Below, piece after piece: positions 30,246-39,438 of a stretch of DNA of 64,000 bases. The translations under genes were made by a program, and so were the position numbers. The DNA lies in assembly GCA_963796105.1 (NCBI GenBank), contig CAWCKJ010000004.1, positions 1,376,001 to 1,440,000 of the forward strand, read 5' to 3'. The notes under the pieces are model-generated. The model saw only the letters and a list, made by a program, of their open reading frames with translations. It searched no databases and was not told where the DNA came from. Every line of letters begins with the position of its first letter. The first letter of the stretch is position 1. This DNA comes from a candidate division FCPU426 bacterium (GTDB taxonomy: Bacteria; Oederibacteriota; Muellerivitia; Muellerivitales; Muellerivitaceae).

Positions 30246-31231
30246 TATGCTTATGCACAAAGTGACCGTGCTGTAATGGGTTTTGCTAAGGCACATGCGG
30301 TCAAAGCACGGTGAAATAAGGAATCGGGATCATGACGACGGTTGAACCGATAGGCATATTCACTTAGATACCGGCCTAAATACTTAGCATCAACGCCATG
30401 ATGAGTTCCAATGATCCAGGCCTTGGCGTTGGAAATGAACCGGTGTACCCAGGGCAACCAACTTTCCAACTCTTTCGGGTCATTGGCCATCACCCGGTAG
30501 TCTGCCTCCACTCCTTTGAGTTCACGCAAGGCTGGCGAAGCATCTGTGTTGAGGAAAGAGCCTTTTTCCATAGTCTGATTCACGAATTCCTGGCTCTCCC
30601 ACTTGGTTTCCATAGCTACCTTCACCTTGGCAAAACCCGCTTTTTCCTTCTTGCAACCATTCTCATCCACCCATTCCTTGCTTTCCACCGCCACCAAGAC
30701 TTCCACTTGGTTTTCCTTGGCCTTTTTCCCAAAAACCGCCCCATCCAACTCAATGACGCCCTTTAGAGTATAGCTTTCGTCCTTTTGCCTAAGACCTTCC
30801 CGGATCTTATGCAATAGAAGCCATGCCGAATGATCCGAAAGATTTAAATGCCGCTTCAGTTCCAGGGCCGAAATACCCCGTTTGCCCTGCATCATCAAAC
30901 TGATGGCCCTGACCCAGGTTAAAAGAGGCAGCTTGGAGCTTTCAAAAATCGTCCCGGCGCGAAGCCGAAGACGTTTCCGGCAATAGTCACATTCCCTCAC
31001 TTCAGGCTTGGCCTGGTGTTGCCAGAAGCTTTCGCCCTCACATTGGGGACAAACAAAGTCTTTCCCGCCGAAACGGCATCTCCACACCCATTGGCGGGCT
31101 TCTTCTTCCGTGTGGATTTTCCTCAGAATTTTAATGCTTTTCATCCGCTGGTAGCTCATGTACCACCTCCCGTAGCGGACAGTATACCTATGTATTCCTT
31201 TATTTCAAGGGTCACTTAATACAGAAGCATG
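30246..31231 (-). mobile_element. IS1595-family insertion sequence (ISSod11-like), 986 bp
   Basis: Imperfect TIRs ATGCTTATGCACAAAGTGACC / ATGCTTCTGTATTAAGTGACC; 8-bp direct repeat TGATTTTA at 30238-30245 and 31232-31239. Confidence 0.9.
30251..31159 (-). CDS. IS1595-family transposase
   Basis: Zn ribbon (CPQC...CDYC), AGTIF, GISALEL, IELD, TD, LPWVHRFISNAK, YL-x-EY-x-YRFNRR. Confidence 0.95.
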   Translation of the reverse strand: MSYQRMKSIKILRKIHTEEEARQWVWRCRFGGKDFVCPQCEGESFWQHQAKPEVRECDYCRKRLRLRAGTIFESSKLPLLTWVRAISLMMQGKRGISALELKRHLNLSDHSAWLLLHKIREGLRQKDESYTLKGVIELDGAVFGKKAKENQVEVLVAVESKEWVDENGCKKEKAGFAKVKVAMETKWESQEFVNQTMEKGSFLNTDASPALRELKGVEADYRVMANDPKELESWLPWVHRFISNAKAWIIGTHHGVDAKYLGRYLSEYAYRFNRRHDPDSLFHRALTACALAKPITARSLCA

Positions 31232-31454
31232 TGATTTTAATATTGTCTTTATCAATCGTTATCAGTTTTTCAAAAAAACACAAGCCTTCCTCTGTGCCTC
31301 TGTGCGCTGCCGAAGGCAGCCTGTGGTGAATGCTTTCTTCAAGCGATTTTACCCACGAAGCTGGAAACACTAAACAGAAAAACAAGAGGGCGCGGCGCTT
31401 CCTTGAAGGGCGGCGGGCTGGGATAATAGGTTTATCTGATCCCAAGGAGTTTTC

Positions 31455-32639
31455 TTGGCTTCCAAAAAAACTGTCCTCATCGCGAACCTCGTGTTCAGCC
31501 TTTTTTTCATCCTGAACGTAATAGCCATCGTGACGGGGCTTTCTTTTTATCCCCAGCAATGGAGGTTTTTCCTGCTCGCGGCGGTTTTGGGAAACCTGCT
31601 ATGGCTTTTATTTCCCCTCATTCTCAAGAGGCATTCGTCCCCCTTTTTCCGGCTTACCCGGGCTGTATTGGGACCCTTCTGGGTCTTATGGAACTTTTTC
31701 ATCCTGCTTTATTCCGCCTTCATCCTGATTTTGGGGCTCCTATGGTTTCTTTCGGCGAAATGGATGGGTATTCCTTTTGACCATTTTGCCTATATTCCCT
31801 CCAACGTCTTCCTGGGGGTCATCGCCTTCGTTTGCGTGGTTGGTTACTTCCAGGCTTTGATTCCCATTGATTTGAGGAAGGTCACAATTCCGATCCGGAA
31901 CCTTCCAAAGGAGTTCATCGGCTTCAAGATCGCCATGGTTTCGGACCTGCATGTGGGCTTGTTTACCCGGTTTTCCCGGCTCCAAGAATTTGCCAGGACT
32001 GCCCAAAACGCGAAACCGGATCTTTTCCTGGTTTGCGGGGATATCACCGATGATGATCCACAATACCTGCCAAAGTTCCTGAGAAGTTTGGAGGTGTTGG
32101 ACCCCTACCTACCGGCTTTGGGGGTTCTGGGAAACCACGATGTCTATGCCGATCCGGAAAAAACCCTGACTTTTTTGGAGGACAGCCGGCTTCAAATGCT
32201 GGTGAATGAGGGGATGGAAATCAGGAGGGGAAAATCCTCGCTATGGGTGGCAGGGGTCGGCGACGCGGGAGCCAGGCGGTTCGGGAAGTGGGGTTCCGTG
32301 GCGCCGGATTTCGACGCGGCCTTGAAGGGTAAGCCCAAAAAGGCCCTGACGGTCCTGATGTGTCACCAGCCCCAGGGTTTCCCGGAGGCCGCGGCACGGA
32401 AGGTGGAGCTGACCTTGAGCGGTCACACCCACGGGGGCCAACTGGGTTTCCGGTCCCTGAACTGGTCCCTGGCCAAGCTATTCATGAAACACCACATGGG
32501 GCTGTTTAAAGAAGGGGATAGCCAACTTTATGTTTCGGCTGGAACCGGCACCTGGGGCCTGCCTGTGAGGTTCGGTCTCACCCCGGAGGTTACCCTTATT
32601 GAACTACAACCTGAGAATCAGGAAAAAATTACTGGGTAA
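31455..32639 (+). CDS. Membrane-anchored metallophosphoesterase (YkuE-like)
   Basis: N-terminal TMs; SDLH, GDITD, LGNHD, CHQP and SGHTHGGQ motifs. Confidence 0.92.
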   Translation: MASKKTVLIANLVFSLFFILNVIAIVTGLSFYPQQWRFFLLAAVLGNLLWLLFPLILKRHSSPFFRLTRAVLGPFWVLWNFFILLYSAFILILGLLWFLSAKWMGIPFDHFAYIPSNVFLGVIAFVCVVGYFQALIPIDLRKVTIPIRNLPKEFIGFKIAMVSDLHVGLFTRFSRLQEFARTAQNAKPDLFLVCGDITDDDPQYLPKFLRSLEVLDPYLPALGVLGNHDVYADPEKTLTFLEDSRLQMLVNEGMEIRRGKSSLWVAGVGDAGARRFGKWGSVAPDFDAALKGKPKKALTVLMCHQPQGFPEAAARKVELTLSGHTHGGQLGFRSLNWSLAKLFMKHHMGLFKEGDSQLYVSAGTGTWGLPVRFGLTPEVTLIELQPENQEKITG

Positions 32640-32668
32640 ATCATCCCAAGCCGGTAGGCGAGAACCCT

Positions 32669-33072
32669 ATGCCGGTAGAGGTTCGGGAGCATGCCAATAG
32701 GAGTGATCCTCATACCACCATGGGTTTGTTGCCTTTCTGCCATGTTCAATTATCAGCTAAAAAGCCAAAAAATCCTGCCTATCCTAAAAAAATGAACACC
32801 TTAGGGGATCATATCCGGAAGCATCGCTTAGATCTGGGAAAGCAACAGAAGGAGGTTGCGTTGACCCTGGGGGTAACAGAGTCAACTATTACCGGTTGGG
32901 AACTCAATCAAACCACACTAGTATTACTCACCTTCCCAAAATCATATCCTTCCTTGGGTACACTCCGGAACCCTACAGCAAGAAAACTGACAATATCATC
33001 GAGCAGATGAAACTCTACCGCCAGATTCATGGGCTAACCCAAGAGAAGTTTGCCGAGTTGGTCAAAGTCAAT
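32669..33072 (+). pseudogene. Frameshifted double-HTH XRE-family regulator, cut by the RAYT element
   Basis: TLGDHIRKHRLDLG-x-x-QKEVA...WE in one frame continues as LPKIISFLGY...GLTQEKFAEL in another; ends at the RAYT left arm. Confidence 0.7.
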
Positions 33073-34126
33073 AAACAAAGGGGTCAGGCCATCATTCATC
33101 ATTTTACAAATAGTGTGAGTTGTTTACAATGTCCTAATGCCAAGGCCTAAACGGATCCATTATGAAGGGGCGGTTTACCATGTAACCTCGCGCGGTAATG
33201 AACGGCGAAAGATTGTTATGAATGACGCCGACCTCTGGATGTTTATTCGGTTATTGGGGGAAATGGTTGTAGAGAATGGTGTGTTATGTCACGCTTGGGT
33301 GTTGATGGATAACCATTACCATTTGATGCTGGAAACCCCAAGCGCGAATTTATCAACAGCCATGAAACATTTAAACGCCCAACACACACAAAAATTCAAT
33401 AAAAAGCATTATCGGAACGGACATTTGTTCCAGGGGCGGTATAAGGCCATTATTGTGGAGAAAGACAGTTATTTAAAGGAATTAAGCCGGTATGTGGTAT
33501 TGAATCCGGTAAGGGCCCGGATGGTAAAACACCCCAAAGACTGGAAGTGGAGTAGTTATCGGGCGACAGCGGGATTTGATAGGGCGGAAAAATGGCTGGA
33601 AGTGGACTGGTTATTAGGGCAGTTTGGAAAGGAAAGAAAAAAGGCGCAAAAATCATACAGGACTTTTGTGGAAGAGGGGATGGGGAAGAAAGAAAAGCCT
33701 TGGGATGATTTGTATTCGCGTATATACCTGGGTGGTAAGGAGTTTTTGGACAAGGTTCACGAAGTAGGGCAACGTCACAAACATTTGGATGTACCGAAAT
33801 ATCAGAAACATGTGGTAAAGCAAGATCCGAAAGAAGTGCTGGAGAAAGTAGGAAGAATGTATGGTGAAAAACCGGAGGAAATATTGAGGGCAGGCAAAAG
33901 GGAGTCGGAAGCCCGGGATATGGCGATATATTTATTAAAGAGAAAATCAGGAATGAGTTCCAAGGCGATAGGAATAAAGATGGGGGTGGGGGAAAGCGCG
34001 GTGGGAAACCGATTGATGAAGATCAAAAAAAGGTTGGCGGAAGACGAAAAGTTTGCGCAAAAGCTGATAAAGTGATGAATGATCACTGCCACACGCTGCG
34101 GAGCGTGTGGCCTGACCCCTTTGTTT
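33073..34126 (+). mobile_element. RAYT element bounded by perfect 19-bp inverted repeats
   Basis: AAACAAAGGGGTCAGGCCA at 33073-33091 and its exact reverse complement at 34108-34126. Confidence 0.8.
33137..34075 (+). CDS. REP-associated tyrosine (Y1/HUH) transposase with a C-terminal HTH
   Basis: YHVTSRGN, LMDNHYHL (HUH), GHLFQGRYKA, RYVVLNPVRA (catalytic Tyr), WSSY; DnaA-C-like tail (EARDMAIYL). Confidence 0.93.
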   Translation: MPRPKRIHYEGAVYHVTSRGNERRKIVMNDADLWMFIRLLGEMVVENGVLCHAWVLMDNHYHLMLETPSANLSTAMKHLNAQHTQKFNKKHYRNGHLFQGRYKAIIVEKDSYLKELSRYVVLNPVRARMVKHPKDWKWSSYRATAGFDRAEKWLEVDWLLGQFGKERKKAQKSYRTFVEEGMGKKEKPWDDLYSRIYLGGKEFLDKVHEVGQRHKHLDVPKYQKHVVKQDPKEVLEKVGRMYGEKPEEILRAGKRESEARDMAIYLLKRKSGMSSKAIGIKMGVGESAVGNRLMKIKKRLAEDEKFAQKLIK

Positions 34127-34153
34127 CTCTTTCAAACCCATTTACGATAACGT

Positions 34154-34765
34154 TTAAAGGATAGCCGCTATAATTGGTGAAATTAATTTGCTCATTATCG
34201 CAATAAGCGATTTTTTCTGGATCAACCCCTCGATGGGTGAGGACATGATGGCGTCGTTGGTTTGATACTGCCAGACCAGGTTACCGCTGGCCCCCAAAGC
34301 CCTCAAAACCCCGTCGCTAGAGCCCACAAATATTCGGCTATTGTTGACTCCCTGGCTTAATATCGCCGGGCTGGAATAGACTTCACCTTGGGTTTGGTAA
34401 TTCCAAAGGGGACTCCCGTCCAATCCGTATGCCTGAATCTGCCCATTCGTCGTGCCGATGACAAGCATGCCACTGTTGTTGGTTCCCAAGTCCAAAACCA
34501 CCGGGGCCGAGGAATAGGAAACCCTTGGATTTCCAAGGGAAACCTGCCATTTTTTTGTGAAAAAAGAGTCGTCAAAAGGCTGATAAAAGCCCGTATTTTG
34601 GGGGATATAACGGAATTGGGGCCATGAAAGGGCCGCTGGTGTAGGGGTATTTGTCGGATTACTTTGAGCAAAGGCATAGCCCAACCCAAAAGATATTAAA
34701 AATCCAATGGTTATACAAATCCTTTTGGACCAATTTATTAAATTATTTAATCGGCAACTTCTCAT
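34154..34765 (-). pseudogene. Secreted PQQ-like (BamB-type) beta-propeller protein, apparently truncated
   Basis: Signal peptide, PTNTPTP linker, WPQFR, SSAP/SSPA and LWNYQT/VWQYQT blades; stops after about 3 blades next to the RAYT arm. Confidence 0.65.
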
Positions 34766-34916
34766 ATTTAATAATCCTTAAAACTTTTTGGCATAAAATT
34801 CTTAAAATTAAATTTAGCCAAAACATTCAGAAGATCGATATCAAGTCGTTATGTCAGTAATAATATTTCAGCACAATTTAAAATTATTATTTTCAACTAA
34901 AATAAAGTCATAAATG

Positions 34917-35441
34917 TCATTTTAATATATGAATACTCTGAATAACTAAACCTGCCATTCGATCCAATTCCGGATTACCGCCAATGCATTCAGCAAAAAT
35001 AACCCACCATGCAACACCTTTTTTTATATTCATCATTTTTATTACCATATTTTTTTTTGTCTCAGTATTTACAAAAGTTCCTATTGTAATCATGGCATCA
35101 TCACCGGCCCATTTTAAACGATAATTTTTATATTTAAGATTTTGATATTTTTTGGTGTTTGAATAAATAATTTTGAGAGACCCGTTTGCTGTCGTTTCAA
35201 GATCTGCTTTATTAGATTTATTTGTGCCGACACCAATTCGAAAGTCACTATACGTCTTTGACGTGCATTCAACAAAAGAATCGTCTTTCGTATTTTTTTC
35301 ATTCATTTGTTCCAGTGGGAATGGGCTTTCAAAAGAAAAATGGTACATGTCGAATGAATATTTTCTCCATTTACCAGCCGGTACATCCGCATATAGAATT
35401 ACAGGAACTAAAAATAAAAATAATAATTTCCTCGAAATCAT
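34917..35441 (-). CDS. Hypothetical secreted protein, AT-rich
   Basis: 174-aa ORF with a signal peptide and AAGGGG RBS; low GC relative to the flanks. Confidence 0.6.
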   Translation of the reverse strand: MISRKLLFLFLVPVILYADVPAGKWRKYSFDMYHFSFESPFPLEQMNEKNTKDDSFVECTSKTYSDFRIGVGTNKSNKADLETTANGSLKIIYSNTKKYQNLKYKNYRLKWAGDDAMITIGTFVNTETKKNMVIKMMNIKKGVAWWVIFAECIGGNPELDRMAGLVIQSIHILK

Positions 35442-35546
35442 TTTTTACCCCTTATCGTGGAAACAAACTCGTTACCCCTCCAAAACCATACGCGTTATAT
35501 GACAAAGCTTGCCAAATTGACCCAAACCATCAGGAAGGGTGACTGG

Positions 35547-36212
35547 TCATTTAGCTTTTCTAATAATCACAGACATTACAAGTGTTTGCAAAACCCCAAT
35601 TGCGATAAAAATTTGTTCAGCATCGACAGAAAAATCTCTCACATATAAAAAAGTGTAATAAATATAGGTGTTCAAAATCATAGCGATCAGCAGGGCTGAA
35701 AATCGGATCAAAAAGTTTTTAAAATAAGAAAAATTTACTGGTCGTAATTTAACGCAAACCATCTCTGCGACGATCGGTAATAAAACGACTTCAAAAATGG
35801 CAAAAAATATAAATGTATTTTTTTGTTTGCCAAATATTTCAAAAAGGGTTGTAAAAACAATAAAATTTAAAATGAATAGGAAATACCAAATTAAACCCTT
35901 AACACCAGAAGTATAACTTCCATTATTTAGGCACTGATAGACACCGTATGAAAATAAAATAATGAACAAAGGGATGACAAAAAGATTTTTGGGATCGTTG
36001 AAATAATTCCAAATTAAAATAATACTTGCCGCACCAATAACAATTAAAAACAAATTAAATCGTTCGCCTATTATTTTATTGAGTTGCATCGGGTGTTCCT
36101 GTGTTACATACATCTGTACTATTATCAGTATTATCATTACCCCATATTTGTTGCGCCCCAGGGGATAATAAATCCGATTCAAATGAAGGGCCCGGATGGT
36201 AAAACACCCCAA
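35547..36212 (-). CDS. Hypothetical multi-pass membrane protein, AT-rich
   Basis: About 6 hydrophobic segments; true start is probably downstream of 36186, because the ORF 5' end overlaps the RAYT duplicate. Confidence 0.55.
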   Translation of the reverse strand: MGCFTIRALHLNRIYYPLGRNKYGVMIILIIVQMYVTQEHPMQLNKIIGERFNLFLIVIGAASIILIWNYFNDPKNLFVIPLFIILFSYGVYQCLNNGSYTSGVKGLIWYFLFILNFIVFTTLFEIFGKQKNTFIFFAIFEVVLLPIVAEMVCVKLRPVNFSYFKNFLIRFSALLIAMILNTYIYYTFLYVRDFSVDAEQIFIAIGVLQTLVMSVIIRKAK

Positions 36213-36563
36213 AGACTGGAAGTGGAGTAGTTATCGGGCGACAGCGGGATTTGATAGGGCGGAAAAATGGCTGGAAGTGGACTGGTTATTAGGGCAGTTT
36301 GGAAAGGAAAGAAAAAAGGCGCAAAAATCATACAGGACTTTTGTGGAAGAGGGGATGGGGAAGAAAGAAAAGCCTTGGGATGATTTGTATTCGCGTATAT
36401 ACCTGGGTGGTAAGGAGTTTTTGGAAAAAGTCCACGAAGTAGGGCAACGTCACAAACATTTGGATGTACCGAAATATCAGAAACACGTGGTAAAGCAAGA
36501 TCCGAAAGAAGTGCTGGAGAAAGTAGGAAGAATGTATGGTGAAAAACCGGAGGAAATATTGAG
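36186..36563 (+). pseudogene. 378-bp duplicate of the RAYT gene interior
   Basis: Matches 33511-33888 with about 4 substitutions by eye. Confidence 0.92.
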
Positions 36564-37020
36564 CCTTGAGAAACCCTTTTTCAGGGTCGGTGAGATTCCT
36601 GGCCATTTGTCTCATCCAAATCTCATTGGGGTGGTTGGTTATGCCCGCGAAATGAACCTGTCGGTTCTTGAGGCGGATGAAGAACAAAATGTAATAGGTG
36701 ACAAGCCCAAAGGGGGTTAATACTTCCCAGGTGAAAAAGTCGGTGGCTGCCAGGTTATCCCAATGATTTTCTAAGAATTCCTTCCAAGTCAGGCAGTTCC
36801 GACGATCAGGAGAAGGTGATATGCCATTTCTTTTCAGGACATTTTGGATGGATTCCGGGTTGGTTTCAAACCCCAAGATTCGCAATCTCCCTACCAATGT
36901 CTCATATCCGTCGTTTGGATTTTCCAGGGCGAGTTTTACGATTAAATTCTCTAGTTCGTGGTTTATCCTCGGCCTCCCTGGTCTTTTTTGGAAATAAGAA
37001 TAATCCCATTTCTTCAGCAA
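36564..37020 (-). pseudogene. Integrase-core (rve) transposase fragment
   Basis: PGRPRI...LA-x-ENP-x-x-GY, TWKEFL, ATDFFT, FFI-x-x-x-x-RQV-x-x-AG-x-T-x-HP, QMARNL; cut at both ends. Confidence 0.85.
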
Positions 37021-37254
37021 AGAAAATTGCCCTTGAAGTGGAAAAGGCCGTTTACAAATACGTTCCCTTGAAACTCATAAAACCAACCTCGAAAGAGGCT
37101 AAGACCATTGAATCGGCTGTAAAACGCACGGATAAAAGCGGGAAATGGACTTCGGCGGAGGCATTGATTAAGAAGCACGGTTGAGGCTTGCACATATGAC
37201 GGACCAAAAAAAACCAACAAAAAAAGATCACCTTAACAATTTAGAAAAACAGGG

Positions 37255-37299
37255 ACCCCGTTCAAGCAGAATAAGGCTTTTACGGGGTTTTTCTTTTTA
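37255..37299 (+). terminator. Possible intrinsic terminator
   Basis: ACCCCGT...ACGGGGT stem followed by a T-rich tail (TTTTCTTTTT). Confidence 0.35.
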
Positions 37300-37317
37300 T
37301 GACTGATCAAACAGTAG

Positions 37318-37440
37318 AATGCCACCAGTAATGTGGGCGGGTTATCCTCCCTGGACGACGAATGCCAGCAGGAATGTGGGCAGGTTATCCTTCCCTGCCA
37401 ACGGATGCCAGCAGGGATGTGGGCGGGTTATCCCCCTGGA
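37318..37440. repeat. Three tandem 43-bp repeats
   Basis: ATGCCA(G/C)CAG..ATGTGGGC(G/A)GGTTATCC units starting at 37318, 37361 and 37404. Confidence 0.85.
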
Positions 37441-38030
37441 ACTGGGTTTCGGGAACTGGGTTGAGGGCTTATGGAACTAGGTTACGGCCTCTCGGAACTG
37501 GGTCCAGCCTCCCGGAACTGGTTTGTGGGCTCCGGGAACTGGGTTATCACCTCCTGGAACTGGGTTGCGAGTTCCTGGAACTCTGGAGTCCCTCGCACCT
37601 CAGCGAGTGGCAGGGGGCTTGGAACCACGGGAATCCGAGAATCTTGGAACCTTGTAACATTGGAACTGGCCTGGAACCACTGAAATTCGAGAATCCTGGA
37701 ACCTTGGAACTCTGGAACTGGCCTAGAACCACAGGAACTCGGGAATCTTGGAACTTTGGAGTCCCTCGCACCTCAGCGAGTGGCAGGGGGCTTGGAACCA
37801 CGGGAACCCGAGAATCTTGGAACCTTGTAACTTTGGAACTGGCCTGGAACCACTGAAATTCGAGAATCCTGGAACCTTGGAACTTTGGAACTGGCTTGGA
37901 ACCACGGGAACCCGAGAATCTTGGAACCTTGTAACTTTGGAACTGGCCTGGAACCACGGGAACTCGGGAGTTCTGGAATCTTGGAACTCTGGAACTGGCC
38001 TGGAACCACGGGAATCCGAGAACTGGCCGG
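37438..38030. repeat. GGAAC-based satellite: 21-bp-phased array, then ~8-bp units with a 173-bp higher-order duplication
   Basis: GGAACT at 37452, 37473, 37494, 37514, 37535, 37556 and 37577; the block from 37577 is repeated at 37750. Confidence 0.9.
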
Positions 38031-38094
38031 GCCCCCCCCACTATGCTGAAGCTTCGTGGGGCAGGCCTGGGAAATCAAGAGTCCTGAAACTGGG

Positions 38095-38688
38095 TTATTT
38101 TTTACCGGCCACAACCGCCTGGATCTCGGAATCAATCTCTTCCGGGGTTTGTTTGGAAACGAACCTTTTCAAGGGGTGTCCCTGGCGGTCAATGAGGAAT
38201 TTGGTGAAATTCCAGCCGATATCGGTTTTGCCATCGGGATCCGGCTCCGCCTTCTTCAGGAACTGGTAAAGGGGGTGGGCATTGTCCCCGTTGACCTCAA
38301 TTTTTGCGAAAAGGGGGAATTTTACCCCATAGTTGGATTCGCAAAAACTCTTGATCTGAGATTCGGTACCTGGCTCCTGGCTTTTGAACTGGTTGCAGGG
38401 AAACCCCAAGATTTCAAAGGCTTGGTCTTTGTACTTTTCATACAAGGCTTCCAATCCCTTGTATTGGGGGGTGTAGCCGCATTTACTGGCCACGTTCACG
38501 ATGAGAAGAACCTTGCCCTTGTATTTGGCGAGCGTGACATCTTTCCCGTCAATGGTCTTTACCTTGAACCCATAAACGGATGCGGACTCGTTATCCTTCT
38601 TTGCGGGACCCGATACAGAAGCGATCGCCAAACCGCCAACCGCGGCCAAACCCAGTATCCCCATGAGAATTGAAATAAGCCTCATCAT
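38095..38688 (-). CDS. Glutathione peroxidase family protein with a signal peptide
   Basis: VNVASKCGYTPQY, GFPCNQF-x-x-QEP, WNFTKFL. Confidence 0.95.
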   Translation of the reverse strand: MMRLISILMGILGLAAVGGLAIASVSGPAKKDNESASVYGFKVKTIDGKDVTLAKYKGKVLLIVNVASKCGYTPQYKGLEALYEKYKDQAFEILGFPCNQFKSQEPGTESQIKSFCESNYGVKFPLFAKIEVNGDNAHPLYQFLKKAEPDPDGKTDIGWNFTKFLIDRQGHPLKRFVSKQTPEEIDSEIQAVVAGKK

Positions 38689-38843
38689 GTTCTCCTCTCC
38701 TGAACCAGGATTTCTTTTAGTACAACTTCCTTAATAATCCTTAGTTCTGGGGAATAAAGCTAGGGGTGCGGTTAAAAATCAGGCCGGAATATGCATAAGA
38801 TTAAAATTTGTGAGAAATTAAACTGGATTTGGCTGAATTTGGT

Positions 38844-38920
38844 TTACTGGTTGATGGTCGTGACGAAGGATTCCTTCCCGTTTTCGATCTTCAGGACTAC
38901 CGCCGATTTCACCGCGTCGC
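38844..38920 (-). repeat. Displaced 77-bp copy of the livK 3' end
   Basis: Encodes DAVKSAVVLKIENGKESFVTTINQ*; 66/77 nt identical to 40817-40893. Confidence 0.9.
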
Positions 38921-38936
38921 ATTCACTACTACCCTT

Positions 38937-39438
38937 TTATGCTAGTCGTTTCGTGACTTTTTGATAAATCGAACGGGCTGTTTCAAGGGCCTTCTGCGCT
39001 TCATCCCGGCCTGGGAAAAACTCCTCGTCATAACGAACATCAACAGCATATGGAGCAAGCCCCATGATTTCTTCCGCCGGCAAATTCAGGCCGGGAAACC
39101 GTGAATTGACGCGTTCCAGCAGTTCCCCCAAGTCGTGCCGGAGGGGATATTCCTCATCCGAGGAAGCCAATAAAGCCTTGAGGCATTTTTCAACAGCCTG
39201 CTGGGCGTGGAAACAGCCCATATCATAGGCATGGCCCGACGTTAGGATGGCTTCCGACGCGAATAAATCGTTGGATGCTTTGGCTAATCCGGCCGCTTTG
39301 AGTTCCACGGGCTTGCCCGTGGGTGAAAGGCCACCGTGCTGAAAGCACGGCAAGCGAAGCTTGAATTTTGATTTTAGTACCACGGGCTTGCCCGTGGGTA
39401 TCTATAAGGGCGCGGGAATGGTCACGCGGATTTTTCAT
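38937..39438 (-). pseudogene. HEPN domain gene interrupted by a 118-bp insertion
   Basis: CFHAQQAVEKCLKALL, HDL and RY HEPN motifs; removing 39284-39401 restores MKNPRDHSRALIAKASNDL... as one 127-aa frame. Confidence 0.88.
39284..39401. mobile_element. Non-autonomous 118-bp hairpin-ended element (IS200/IS605- or REP-like)
   Basis: Two direct copies of the palindrome CCACGGGCTTGCCCGTGG near the ends, a central CCGTGCTGAAAGCACGG hairpin, and CTA at both junctions. Confidence 0.8.

Noticed and set aside
34130..36185. Integron cassette array
   Set aside because: No convincing attC (RYYYAAC...GTTRRRY) pairs in gene orientation and no integron integrase.
36196..36720. 174-aa ORF, and the 230-aa ORF 36328..37020, as real genes
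   Set aside because: Both are chimeras reading across the junction between the RAYT duplicate and the rve fragment.
37020..37184. Antitoxin-like C-terminal remnant (KKIALEVEK...EALIKKHG)
   Set aside because: Too short, without a start codon or diagnostic motif.
37318..37590. Possible CRISPR array
   Set aside because: The variable parts are only 10-14 bp and partly similar to each other, the repeats are not CRISPR-like, and there are no cas genes in the window.
37362..38269. ORFs of 60-173 aa across the satellite
   Set aside because: Low-complexity translations of a non-triplet repeat, open on both strands, with no RBS or family motif.
38937..39383. 148-aa HEPN ORF as listed in the track
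   Set aside because: Its N-terminus comes from the 118-bp insertion; the native start is at 39438.
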